The translations under genes were made by a program, and so were the position numbers. Below are positions 19,685 through 29,044 of a stretch of 64,000 nt of DNA, in pieces. Within the stretch, counting starts at the first letter, position 1. Each line of letters opens with the position of its first letter. The stretch comes from an uncultured delta proteobacterium (GTDB lineage Bacteria > Desulfobacterota > Desulfobacteria > Desulfobacterales > B30-G6). The notes beneath the pieces were generated by a model that saw only the letters and a list, made by a program, of their open reading frames with translations, had not been told where the DNA came from and made no database searches. The stretch covers positions 992,001 to 1,056,000 of the forward strand of contig CAWGLD010000001.1 in NCBI GenBank assembly GCA_963823335.1, given 5' to 3'.

Positions 19685-20725
19685 TTATTCGGTCGTGTAA
19701 TATAAGCCCTCAAGAGATTGGGGGTTGCTTAGACGCTCGTCGATATCAATACTGAAAAAATCAGCCAGGGGTTGTAATATTTCCGGGTTTTTCTGTTGAA
19801 CCGCGTTGGCTACCGCGAGGACTTTCTGGATACCGTTCAGGGACATTTTTCCCAACGGCCGTCGGCAGCCACCCACCGGCATCCCCAAAACAGCCATGAG
19901 TGTTTTTATCCCAAGGGGGTTTCTGGCCCTGCAGGTAACATTACCATAGGGTGTTTTTTCTTCAGTGATAACGGTCACCAGCCCAAATAGCGGGTCAAGC
20001 GCCTTCTTCAGCTTTAAGGCCTCAGCATCGTTGCCGGTATTGAGATGGCGAACCATCTCGGCAATGGCACGTGGTGCGAGATTCGTTATGACGGAGATGA
20101 CGCCCGCAGCCTTGATGCGTGGGTCTGTCATCATTTGAAACGTCATGCCATCATCACCGGATAAGATCGTGTATTCCGCTCCGCAGCATTCCCGTGTGCG
20201 TTTCATATTGTCGAGATTGGCCGTAGCTTCTTTCACGGTATTGACATTTGGATAGTCGTTGAAAAGCAAACCCAGGTCTTCCGGAAAGAGCTGGGCACCG
20301 GTTCTGCCGGGGATGATATAGGGAATGATGGTCACTTGGGGGAATTTTTCAGCGATGGGCGCTATGTATTCTTTTCGTATTTCCAGGGAACTGGGCCCAT
20401 TGTAATACGGGTCCACCAGAAGCACTGCATCGGCGCCGGCATCGACAGCATGTTGCGTTGCAGCGATGGATTCCTTGGTATTGTTGCTTCCGGTTCCTGC
20501 GATACAGGCACATCGGCCATCTGTTTGGCGGGCAATGATTTCTGTTACCTTATTGTGCTCTTCCCATGTCAGGGTGGGGCTTTCCCCGGTGGTACCAGCG
20601 GCTAGAATGCCGCTGATGCCATTTTCCATCTGGAACGTTACGAGCTGATCCAGGGCCTGATAATCGACCGCCTCGGCCGTTGGTGTAAAAGGCGTTACGA
20701 TTGCTGTATAACATCCTGATTTCAT
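19685..20725 (-). CDS. dapA: 4-hydroxy-tetrahydrodipicolinate synthase
   Basis: TAIVTPF, GTTGESPTL, GTGSNNT, PYYN, VKEA and ILSGDD motifs. Confidence 0.92.
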   Translation of the reverse strand: MKSGCYTAIVTPFTPTAEAVDYQALDQLVTFQMENGISGILAAGTTGESPTLTWEEHNKVTEIIARQTDGRCACIAGTGSNNTKESIAATQHAVDAGADAVLLVDPYYNGPSSLEIRKEYIAPIAEKFPQVTIIPYIIPGRTGAQLFPEDLGLLFNDYPNVNTVKEATANLDNMKRTRECCGAEYTILSGDDGMTFQMMTDPRIKAAGVISVITNLAPRAIAEMVRHLNTGNDAEALKLKKALDPLFGLVTVITEEKTPYGNVTCRARNPLGIKTLMAVLGMPVGGCRRPLGKMSLNGIQKVLAVANAVQQKNPEILQPLADFFSIDIDERLSNPQSLEGLYYTTE

Positions 20726-21005
20726 GATGCCTCCTTAAAGCCACCGTTTTTTATCTGCGAAGACATGCCGTCTTGCCGCAAACTGAAACGTGTTTTGATT
20801 GATATGAGCTTTAGGACTGTTTGAAGAATAGAAATATGTCCTGAACGAGATTAGACCCGGGATGCAGGTTTGTCTGCTTAATGGAAGGGTTTCTATTGTC
20901 AGTGTGCAGCAAGCCCTTCTGAACAGAAACCCAATATAAACTCCGATGAATCAAGACTATTTCTCCCGGTTTGCCGAGACTGAAGGAAATCAGTCAAGAG
21001 TGTTT

Positions 21006-21034
21006 CTTATGAATAAAGCGAACAAAAATGTCAA
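21006..21034 (-). promoter_or_regulatory. Putative sigma70 promoter for dapA, implying a leader of about 270 nt
   Basis: Minus strand TTGACA-17 nt-CATAAG. Confidence 0.45.
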
Positions 21035-21116
21035 GAAAAAAGCGAGTTGCCAAACAGGGCAAGGTGCGTTATTTTATCGGGTAAATAAGATTTGACAATT
21101 ATGCAAAGGAAAAAAC

Positions 21117-21737
21117 ATGACAAATATCAAAAATGCAGATGAATACATTAGTATGCAGAAAGCCGCCATTGCTTCCAATCCCGATTGCGGCAATTCTCAT
21201 TACAATCTTGCAGTAGGGTATCTCGGACAAAAAAAGTATGAAGAAGCAGAAAAAGAGCTGCACGAGGCTATCAGCTGCAGCCCGAACTTGGCCGAAGCCT
21301 ATGTTCAGCTCGGGGGTATTCGCCTACAGCAGGGAGATTTGGAAGGATGTCTCGACTATAACAAACGGTCTGTTCAAGCCAGGGCTGGCTTTGCAGAGGG
21401 ATGGGGGAATATCGGGTTTGTACAGATGCAGCTCGGCAATATTGACGAAGCGATTCCAGCCCTTGAAAAAGCGGTTCGATGGAACGTCAAATTCCTCCAG
21501 GCCTACGCCACCCTGGCCAATGCCTATCTTGCCCAGGGAAATGTCGAGAAAAGTATCGAAACCAATCTCAAGATCATCAAAATGGAACCTAATTTCCCGG
21601 TGGCTTATAACAACCTGGCTATCGCCTATATGGAAAAAGGTGAATTTAAGCACGCCATCGAAAATGCAGACAAAGCTGTTGAGCTGGGGTATGAAGTTGC
21701 ACCACAGATCCTGGAGGAGTTAAGCACGCACCGTTAA
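21117..21737 (+). CDS. Tetratricopeptide repeat protein
   Basis: About five 34-aa repeats (HYNLA, AYVQLG, GWGNIG, AYATLA, AYNNLA). Confidence 0.92.
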   Translation: MTNIKNADEYISMQKAAIASNPDCGNSHYNLAVGYLGQKKYEEAEKELHEAISCSPNLAEAYVQLGGIRLQQGDLEGCLDYNKRSVQARAGFAEGWGNIGFVQMQLGNIDEAIPALEKAVRWNVKFLQAYATLANAYLAQGNVEKSIETNLKIIKMEPNFPVAYNNLAIAYMEKGEFKHAIENADKAVELGYEVAPQILEELSTHR

Positions 21738-21778
21738 CCTTGTATCGTTCCCTGGCCGGCGTTAGGGCGGCAATCAAG

Positions 21779-22963
21779 ATGCCCGAACAGCGATATTTTT
21801 ATTTTTTGTCTGATGATCCAGAGCCGGTTTCTGACAACCGCCTCCTTTGGACTACAGCTCTACCGCTGAGCCGCCACCAGCAAACACATTCTGAAGCAGC
21901 CCCTGCCCACAAAAACCTCACTTATGGAGAGTTCTTTGAAGCCCTCTCTCTATTTGTTGATAGCCATCTATCTGATTTTATAATTAAATATTTCTTTCGT
22001 TCTGAAAATCGGGTCATAAATCCACATGAAATATCCCGTATCCACATACACCTCGAAAAACATGGCTTATTTTACCACCCGGCTAGAATCATCCTGTTTC
22101 TGCCAGATTGCCAAATCGCACTGGTGGCCAATGTCGCTGTATCGAGAGCCGGAAAAGACCTTATCAGAAATGAATATCGTCTATTAGAGCAGCTTGCCGA
22201 GCAAATTTCCCCTGCATGGGTGCCCAGGGTTTTTGGATGTGACAGGATCCAGATCGACAGGCAGCGGCATGTGCTGGTATTTGTGGGTGAGTGGTTTGAG
22301 GATTTTCACGAGTTTCATGTGTCAGATAAAACCGGTCCAGGCGAAACAAACATCCGGGTGTGGGACCCAAACAATGAAAATCTGTTTTTAACCCGGCTCC
22401 AGGCCCAACATGTTTTTGAGCAGACCGCCATGATTTTGACGGCTTATTACGATATTGGAACATTTGAGCGAATTAGCCGCTGGCACCATGCTGCCGGTGA
22501 CTTTGTTGTTTGCCTGCGACAAGACATCCCCAGAGTCAAGCTTATTACCGTAAGGGCGTATGAGCCACTTTTTAACTTGTCCGGGGAGTCCATTGAAATG
22601 GAGACAATACTCAACACCCTGTTGATCTTCTATTTGAATCTAACCCTTCTTCTACGTATCGACCGCATGGACGGTATTGGGGACATGGTATGGATTGAGG
22701 CGGATGTCGTTAAGGCCATAACCAGTGGTTTTTTCAAAGGACTTTCATCACAGGCTGAAAACACGGTCATACCCGCTGAATTGATTGATGTATTCAAGAC
22801 CTTTCTTTTGCGTATACCGGAGACGGATATTCGGGAAATTTTTATGGGCATCGTGGATAAAATTGATCCGAAAAGCCCGGACTTGACTGTAATAAAGCAA
22901 AACATCGATAGTCATGTTGAGACTGTTCTGTCAGAACTTGGCCAGATAAAGACTTTAATGTGA
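21779..22963 (+). CDS. Hypothetical protein, possibly a degenerate protein-kinase-like fold
   Basis: Long ORF co-oriented between the TPR gene and dsrA. The fold guess rests on motif order only (see findings). Confidence 0.7.
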   Translation: MPEQRYFYFLSDDPEPVSDNRLLWTTALPLSRHQQTHSEAAPAHKNLTYGEFFEALSLFVDSHLSDFIIKYFFRSENRVINPHEISRIHIHLEKHGLFYHPARIILFLPDCQIALVANVAVSRAGKDLIRNEYRLLEQLAEQISPAWVPRVFGCDRIQIDRQRHVLVFVGEWFEDFHEFHVSDKTGPGETNIRVWDPNNENLFLTRLQAQHVFEQTAMILTAYYDIGTFERISRWHHAAGDFVVCLRQDIPRVKLITVRAYEPLFNLSGESIEMETILNTLLIFYLNLTLLLRIDRMDGIGDMVWIEADVVKAITSGFFKGLSSQAENTVIPAELIDVFKTFLLRIPETDIREIFMGIVDKIDPKSPDLTVIKQNIDSHVETVLSELGQIKTLM

Positions 22964-23083
22964 TCGGGCACCCCAAAAACACAACATGAGGAGTTCCAAT
23001 GGCCCGCGACCACATTATGCAATAATATTCCTGTTCTCTCTTACACCTGCCTTTCGTTATCGCCTGGAACACAGGGATTTTTA

Positions 23084-23112
23084 TTGACAAGGTGGCTTAT
23101 TAATTTTATATC
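23084..23112 (+). promoter_or_regulatory. Putative sigma70 promoter of dsrABD
   Basis: TTGACA-17 nt-TATATC about 145 nt before the dsrA ATG. Confidence 0.6.
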
Positions 23113-23255
23113 TGCTCTTTGATTGTAAATGATCAGAAAGTATAGATATTTAGCGGATATTCTAAAATGCCAGTTGAGAGGAGGTGACGGAAAAACGTTA
23201 TAGGGGTATATTGGTATAAGGTGAGGTAATTATTAACCAGAATGGAGGTAAAAAG

Positions 23256-24569
23256 ATGGCAAAGCATAAAACCCCTTTGTTGGACCAGTTAGAGTCCGGG
23301 CCGTGGCCAAGTTTTGTGTCCGACTTGAAACAGGAAGCCGCAGCAAGGGCAAAGAATGAAAATAACATAGAATACCAGATCAATCAGGATGTCGTTGAGG
23401 ATTTACTCGGCGTACTGGAACTTTCCTACAGCCATGGCCGCTGCCACTGGAAACATGGTGGAATCGTGGGTGTGTTTGGTTACGGTGGTGGTGTTATCGG
23501 TCGCTACTGTGACCAGCCTCAAATGTTTCCAGGAGTGGCCCATTTTCATACCATGCGCGTGAATCAGCCGGGTGGTAAATTCTACACGGCTGAGTATCTC
23601 AGAAAACTTTGTGACCTGTGGGATTTTAGAGGCAGCGGCATCACCAACATGCACGGCTCCACCGGTGATATCATTTTTCTGGGAACCACCACGCCCCAGA
23701 TAGAAGAAATCTTTTGGGAGCTGAGTCATAATCTGGGACAGGACCTGGGAGGCTCCGGATCCAACCTGCGAACTCCGTCCGATTGTATCGGCGCGGCCCG
23801 ATGCGAGTATGCCTGTTATGACACCCAGGCGATCTGCTACGATCTGACCCAGGAATATCAGGACGAGCTGCACCGGCCAGCATTTCCCTATAAATTCAAA
23901 TTTAAGTTCGACGGCTGTCCCAACTGCTGCGTGGCATCCATTGCCCGATCCGACATCTCCTTTATCGGCACCTGGAGGGACGATATCAAGATTGATCAAA
24001 AAGCCGTACAGGCTTACATCGGCGGTGAGATTCCCCCCAACGGCAACGCCCACTCCGGTCGAGACTGGGGTGCATTTGATATCGACAAAGAGGTCATCAA
24101 CCTTTGCCCCACCAACTGCATGTGGATGGAGGGCAAAACGCTTAAGATCGATACCAAGGAATGTACCCGCTGTATGCACTGTATCAACGTGATGCCCAGA
24201 GCCTTGAGGATTGGTGACGACAGGGGGCTTTCCATGTTGGTAGGTGCTAAGGCGCCCATCCTGGATGGCGCCCAGATGGGATCTCTTCTGGTTCCATTCG
24301 TCAAGGTTGAAGAACCCTATGATGAAATCAAAGAGGTCATCGAAGCTATCTGGGATTACTGGATGGAAGAAGGCAAGAACCGTGAACGTCTCGGTGAATT
24401 GATGAAACGACAAGGCTTCCAGAAGCTTTTAGCTGCTACCGGGATCGATCCTGTTCCACAACATGTGCAGGAACCGAGATCTAATCCATACATCTTCTGG
24501 AATGAGGAAGAGGTCGACGGCGGATGGGATCGTGACGTCAATGAATTCAGAAAACATCATCTGAGATAG
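23256..24569 (+). CDS. dsrA: Dissimilatory sulfite reductase alpha subunit
   Basis: TPLLDQLESGPWPSFV, HWKHGGIVGVFGYGGGVIGRY, ELHRPAFPYKFKFKFDGCPNCC and ferredoxin CTRCMHC. GGAGG RBS. Confidence 0.99.
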   Translation: MAKHKTPLLDQLESGPWPSFVSDLKQEAAARAKNENNIEYQINQDVVEDLLGVLELSYSHGRCHWKHGGIVGVFGYGGGVIGRYCDQPQMFPGVAHFHTMRVNQPGGKFYTAEYLRKLCDLWDFRGSGITNMHGSTGDIIFLGTTTPQIEEIFWELSHNLGQDLGGSGSNLRTPSDCIGAARCEYACYDTQAICYDLTQEYQDELHRPAFPYKFKFKFDGCPNCCVASIARSDISFIGTWRDDIKIDQKAVQAYIGGEIPPNGNAHSGRDWGAFDIDKEVINLCPTNCMWMEGKTLKIDTKECTRCMHCINVMPRALRIGDDRGLSMLVGAKAPILDGAQMGSLLVPFVKVEEPYDEIKEVIEAIWDYWMEEGKNRERLGELMKRQGFQKLLAATGIDPVPQHVQEPRSNPYIFWNEEEVDGGWDRDVNEFRKHHLR

Positions 24570-24581
24570 GGGGAAATTACC

Positions 24582-25727
24582 ATGGCATTTGTTTCTTCAG
24601 GATACAATACGGACAAACCGATGGAAAACAGAATTTCCGACATCGGTCCGAAAAAGTATGATCTATTTTACCCTCCGGTCATCGCCAAGAACAAGGGTAA
24701 ATGGCTATATCATGAAATTTTGAAACCCGGCGTGCTGGTGCATGTCTCTGAAACCGGTGATGAGGTTTTCACGGTTCGATGTGGTGGCGCTCGACTCATG
24801 AGTACCACACATATTCGTGAAATCTGTGAGATTGCAGAAAAACACTGTGATGGACACCTCAGATTCACCACCCGTAACAATATTGAGTTCATGGTGGACA
24901 GCAAGGACAAAGTCGAACCACTGATTCAGGACCTTGAAAGCCGGAAGTTTGACGGCGGCAGCTTCAAGTTTCCTGTGGGCGGCACGGGCGCCGGTGTGAC
25001 CAATATCGTTCACACCCAGGGATGGGTTCACTGCCACACACCGGCAACCGATGCATCCGGCCCGGTCAAGGCCACCATGGATGTGCTCTTTGATGATTTC
25101 AAAGATCACAAGCTGCCGGCTCAGTTACGTGTTTCTCTGGCTTGCTGTCTGAACATGTGCGGCGCGGTTCACTGCTCGGATATCGCTATTCTCGGATATC
25201 ATAGAAAACCGCCCATGCTGGACCACGAATACCTGGACAAGATGTGCGAAATTCCCCTGGCCATCGCAGCCTGCCCCACCGCAGCCATCAAGCCGGCCAA
25301 GGTTGAGGTAAACGGTAAGACACTAAATAGTGTTGCTGTAAAGAACGAGCGCTGTATGTTCTGTGGCAACTGCTACACCATGTGTCCCTCCATGCCGCTG
25401 GCAGATACGGAAGGTGATGGTATCGTCATCATGGCGGGTGGAAAGGTCTCCAACCGAATAACTGCTCCTAAGTTTTCAAAGGTCGTTGTGGCGTTTCTCC
25501 CCAATGAAGCACCCCGTTGGCCATCCACAACCGCTACCATCAAAAAGATTGTGGAAGCTTATTCTGCAGGCGCCAATAAGTATGAACGTCTGGGTGAATG
25601 GGCAGAACGGATCGGTTGGGAGCGCTTCTTCGACAAATGCGAACTTCCATTTACCCATCATCTCATTGATGATTTCCGTGATCCGGCCTATTATACGTGG
25701 CGCCAGACGTCACAGTTCAAGTTTTAA
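24582..25727 (+). CDS. dsrB: Dissimilatory sulfite reductase beta subunit
   Basis: [37 protein letters not shown] and [12 protein letters not shown] motifs. Confidence 0.99.
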   Translation: MAFVSSGYNTDKPMENRISDIGPKKYDLFYPPVIAKNKGKWLYHEILKPGVLVHVSETGDEVFTVRCGGARLMSTTHIREICEIAEKHCDGHLRFTTRNNIEFMVDSKDKVEPLIQDLESRKFDGGSFKFPVGGTGAGVTNIVHTQGWVHCHTPATDASGPVKATMDVLFDDFKDHKLPAQLRVSLACCLNMCGAVHCSDIAILGYHRKPPMLDHEYLDKMCEIPLAIAACPTAAIKPAKVEVNGKTLNSVAVKNERCMFCGNCYTMCPSMPLADTEGDGIVIMAGGKVSNRITAPKFSKVVVAFLPNEAPRWPSTTATIKKIVEAYSAGANKYERLGEWAERIGWERFFDKCELPFTHHLIDDFRDPAYYTWRQTSQFKF

Positions 25728-25742
25728 TCGTGTAACAACAAT

Positions 25743-25770
25743 GGGAGGGGGGCCCTGCAAAGGGCCTCCC
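25743..25770 (+). other. GC-rich hairpin between dsrB and dsrD
   Basis: GGCCCT-GCAA-AGGGCC (GNRA tetraloop), extended by GGGA/TCCC. Confidence 0.6.
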
Positions 25771-25797
25771 GGCCAACCTTATAAAAGGGGTAAAGCA

Positions 25798-26037
25798 ATG
25801 GATTACGAAGAGGCAAAAGAGCTGGTTGTAGAGGGGCTCAAAAAGAAACAAAAAATGAAATCCAAGTTTTATTTCAACGACCTGGCAAAACTTATTGGTG
25901 AAAAACCAAGAGCAGCTAAAAAGTATGTCAACCAGATGGTAACAGAAGGCGTACTTGAATATTGGTCCAGTGGCAGCACATCTATGTATGGTCTGCCGGG
26001 AACAGGAAAACAGTCTGGGGCGGAACACGAGGACTAA
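25798..26037 (+). CDS. dsrD: Dissimilatory sulfite reductase D
   Basis: KSKFYFND and LEYWSSGSTSMYGL motifs, 79 aa from ATG 25798. Confidence 0.96.
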   Translation: MDYEEAKELVVEGLKKKQKMKSKFYFNDLAKLIGEKPRAAKKYVNQMVTEGVLEYWSSGSTSMYGLPGTGKQSGAEHED

Positions 26038-26108
26038 TCGTAAGCCGTTTGTATTCTGTTTTCTTGTTATGTAGGTTTTTGGAACATAATCAGACACATC
26101 TAAAAAAA

Positions 26109-27566
26109 ATGGATTTTCCTGGAATCATCATATCAGCCCTACGGGGCGGGTCTGGGAAAACCATTTTTTCTGTGGGTATTATTGCCGCCCTGACGCAGGC
26201 TGGCAAAGCAATCGCCCCATTCAAAAAAGGACCAGATTATATTGACGCGGGCTGGCTTGCCCTGGCGGCAGGCCAGCAGTGTTACAATCTGGACACCTTC
26301 CTCATCCCAAAAGAAACCATCCTTAACTCCTTTGCCTGCTATACCCAGATATCGGACCTGGCCGTTATCGAAGGTAATCGCGGTCTATACGACAGCATCG
26401 ACCGGGAGGGCAATACCAGTACGGCCGAATTGGCCAAGCTCCTGGATCTTCCGGTAATTCTCTGTATCGATGGTACCAAAGCCACTCGAACCATGGCGGC
26501 CGTGGTTTTAGGATGCCAGCGGTTTGATCCAGGTGTAAAGATAAAGGGCGTCATTCTGAACCGTGTGGCTGGCAAGCGTCACGAGAACAACCTGAGATCC
26601 TGTATCGAACATTACTGCCAGATTCCGGTGCTGGGGGCGGTACCCAAACTAAGGGACCAACCGTTCCCGGAGAGGCATATGGGTCTCGTGCCGACACCTG
26701 AACACACCTGGGCTAAGAAGTCCGTAGATACAATTGCAGCGATTATTTCTCAACACCTGGACCTGGATAGTATCCTGAATATCGCACAGTCGGGCAAGGG
26801 AGCGGTATCCAAAGAACAGCCGACCCAAGGCAAGCAAGGGATGAGAACCACAGCACGTGAATTTTCATCGGCTGAACCGCCGTCGGATGCCTGTGTTGAA
26901 AAATATGTTGTGGTCGGCGATGCCCCGAGAATCGGTATCATCCGGGATGCATCCTTTCAGTTCTACTATCCTGAAAACTTGGAAGCCCTGGAGGCCGCCG
27001 GTGCAAAACTCGTTTTTACAAGCCCTTTGACGGAAGCCGCCATGCCGCCTATCGATGCATTGTACATCGGTGGCGGGTTCCCGGAAACACATGCAAAAAA
27101 ACTGGCAGACAATAGTACCTACCGAAATCAAATACGGGATCTGGCTGAAAAAGATCTTCCCATATATGCCGAGTGCGGGGGACTGATGTACCTTGGGGAA
27201 CGTCTTATACTAGGGGATGATGCGTATGCCATGGCAGGGTTTTTTCCCCTGGTGTTTGATCTGCATAAACGACCACAAGGGCACGGATATACCATTGTCT
27301 CGATTGATCATGAAAACCCCTATTTTGAGGTGGGGACCGAAATCAAGGGGCATGAGTTCCATTATTCAAAGGCTATCGAATACAGGGGCTCCATGGATCT
27401 TCTGGTGTTTCGAGTTCAACGGGGGACAGGATTGATTAACGGCAGGGACGGCATCTGCCGGAAAAAGGTTTTGGCCACCTACACCCACATCCATTCCCTG
27501 GGAACACCCTTGTGGGCCGGAAGCGTGGTGAAAAATGCGGTTTCTTATCGAAAAGCCAGGCAGTAG
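26109..27566 (+). CDS. dsrN: Cobyrinate a,c-diamide synthase homologue (siroheme amidase DsrN)
   Basis: GGSGKT, FKKGPDYID, IEGNRGL, ERHMGL, YAECGGLMYL and GHEFHYS motifs. Position after dsrD supports the DsrN call. Confidence 0.85.
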   Translation: MDFPGIIISALRGGSGKTIFSVGIIAALTQAGKAIAPFKKGPDYIDAGWLALAAGQQCYNLDTFLIPKETILNSFACYTQISDLAVIEGNRGLYDSIDREGNTSTAELAKLLDLPVILCIDGTKATRTMAAVVLGCQRFDPGVKIKGVILNRVAGKRHENNLRSCIEHYCQIPVLGAVPKLRDQPFPERHMGLVPTPEHTWAKKSVDTIAAIISQHLDLDSILNIAQSGKGAVSKEQPTQGKQGMRTTAREFSSAEPPSDACVEKYVVVGDAPRIGIIRDASFQFYYPENLEALEAAGAKLVFTSPLTEAAMPPIDALYIGGGFPETHAKKLADNSTYRNQIRDLAEKDLPIYAECGGLMYLGERLILGDDAYAMAGFFPLVFDLHKRPQGHGYTIVSIDHENPYFEVGTEIKGHEFHYSKAIEYRGSMDLLVFRVQRGTGLINGRDGICRKKVLATYTHIHSLGTPLWAGSVVKNAVSYRKARQ

Positions 27567-28398
27567 CCTCCCAAAGAAACCTTTTTCTATACAGGAGGTT
27601 CGACAGCTTGTACGAAATGCCATACACGAGGCAGAGACGCGTCTGACGCAACTGGACATTGAAAGACGCTTGTCCCGGTATTTTCAAATTGACCGCAGAC
27701 GGGTTCGATCGGCGATTAAGGAGCTTGTGGACCAGCAAGAGCTCATGTATGTTTCCGATTTCGGACATACCTTTATTGAAACGTCGCTTCACAAACCAAT
27801 CCGAATAACCGGGAAGATTGTTTTAAAACCATGGAATTGCACGTTTGAAGCGGGCGCCGGGGATATTGTTGTAAGTCTTTGCCACGGCATTTCTTTTGGT
27901 TCAGGCCAGCACCCTACCACCCGGTTATGCCTCAAGGGACTGGAATATCTTCAACAAAATTATGCGGGTTTATGGCGTGGGGAGAAAACAAGGGCCCTCG
28001 ATATCGGGACCGGTTCAGGTGTTCTCATCATAACCGCCCTGAAGATGGGTGTCGCATCAGGTGTCGCTGTTGATATCGACGCCTGCGCAATATCGGAAGC
28101 CCGTAGCAATGCCGTAAACAACGGGTTGTCAGGACGAATCACGATATCGTCGGAACCTCTTGAATCCTTCCAAGAAGTCTTTAACCTCATACTGGCCAAT
28201 CTTCGGTCACCCACCCTGAAGTCCCTTCTTCCACAAATGAAAGACAGAACCATACCAGGCGGTAAAATACTTCTATCCGGAATCAAAACTGAAGAACTTG
28301 ATTCATTTACCAAACAGATCCATGGGCTTGGATTGAGCCGGGAATGGGTGGGCGAAGAACGTGGCTGGGCGGCAATCGTGCTTAACAAAGGAAGTTAA
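27535..28398 (+). CDS. PrmA-like SAM methyltransferase with atypical, putative winged-helix N-terminus
   Basis: SFGSGQHPTTRLCL, LDIGTGSGVL, LILANL and LSGI motifs. Lacks the EEDW...W segment of canonical PrmA. Confidence 0.8.
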   Translation: MRFLIEKPGSSLPKKPFSIQEVRQLVRNAIHEAETRLTQLDIERRLSRYFQIDRRRVRSAIKELVDQQELMYVSDFGHTFIETSLHKPIRITGKIVLKPWNCTFEAGAGDIVVSLCHGISFGSGQHPTTRLCLKGLEYLQQNYAGLWRGEKTRALDIGTGSGVLIITALKMGVASGVAVDIDACAISEARSNAVNNGLSGRITISSEPLESFQEVFNLILANLRSPTLKSLLPQMKDRTIPGGKILLSGIKTEELDSFTKQIHGLGLSREWVGEERGWAAIVLNKGS

Positions 28399-28430
28399 AA
28401 AAGGCGTGCGTTCTTACAACGCACGCCTTT
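28397..28430. terminator. Bidirectional intrinsic terminator
   Basis: 13-bp stem AAAGGCGTGCGTT/AACGCACGCCTTT between convergent genes. Confidence 0.8.
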
Positions 28431-28448
28431 CTATATTTGAGGATTCGA

Positions 28449-28925
28449 TTATCCTTCTTTTTTAGGATGGCATTTGACGCAGGTTGTAGGTGCAGCTTTG
28501 GTTTTATTCTTTTTGTTGTAGTCTTTATGGCAGCCCTGGCAATTGTCGTGAAGGGCTTCTGCATGCCACTGACGCGCCAGCTTGTCTTTTTCCGCCTTCT
28601 TTATCTTCTCTTTTTTCCATTTATCTTTTTCGTCTTTGGGCACTTCACCTGGTTTGCTGTGGCATTCAATACATTTTTGTACAGAATCCCCTGCTTTCAG
28701 GTTGCTTAATGGCTTGTTGTTTTCATCATGGTGGCAGTCGCCACAACCGCTTTTGTAGGCTTCGACATGTTTTTGGTGTGTAAACACAACAATTTCCTTA
28801 GTGTGTTCGTAATCGGCCTGCATATTAATGACAGTGGACACGTCACTACCGGCGTACAACGCCACAGATGCGAACAGCACGATAAAACCAATGGTGGTGA
28901 TTATTAAAAAGCCCTTTTTATTCAT
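28449..28925 (-). CDS. Tetrahaem cytochrome c3 (class III)
   Basis: Signal peptide, VFTHQKH, and four CxxCH motifs (CGDCH, CIECH, CQGCH, CVKCH). Confidence 0.93.
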   Translation of the reverse strand: MNKKGFLIITTIGFIVLFASVALYAGSDVSTVINMQADYEHTKEIVVFTHQKHVEAYKSGCGDCHHDENNKPLSNLKAGDSVQKCIECHSKPGEVPKDEKDKWKKEKIKKAEKDKLARQWHAEALHDNCQGCHKDYNKKNKTKAAPTTCVKCHPKKEG

Positions 28926-28994
28926 CGCTTCCCAATGCCTCCTTTGATTGTAACATGAAATTTGTTTTGTTTACCTGTATCTGCATTGAGGAGC

Positions 28995-29023
28995 TAATTA
29001 TCAATTATCCATAAAGCTGTCAA
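28995..29023 (-). promoter_or_regulatory. Putative sigma70 promoter of cytochrome c3
   Basis: Minus strand TTGACA-17 nt-TAATTA. Confidence 0.5.
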
Positions 29024-29044
29024 CGGTAAAGCGTCAGAGGTGTC

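Noticed and set aside
20730-21000. Canonical lysine riboswitch before dapA
   Set aside because: L-box conserved sequences not found; kept only as an unassigned structured leader.
23120-23145. Rex operator downstream of the dsrA promoter
   Set aside because: TTGTAAATGATCAGAAA is too poor a match to TTGTGAA-N4-TTCACAA.
23403-24413. 336-aa antisense ORF inside dsrA, and many similar shadow ORFs
   Set aside because: They lie opposite or within well-supported genes, show no recognisable motifs, and are explained by codon bias.
25486-25797. N-terminally extended DsrD
   Set aside because: The extension overlaps dsrB and a hairpin. DsrD similarity begins at ATG 25798, which follows a purine-rich RBS.
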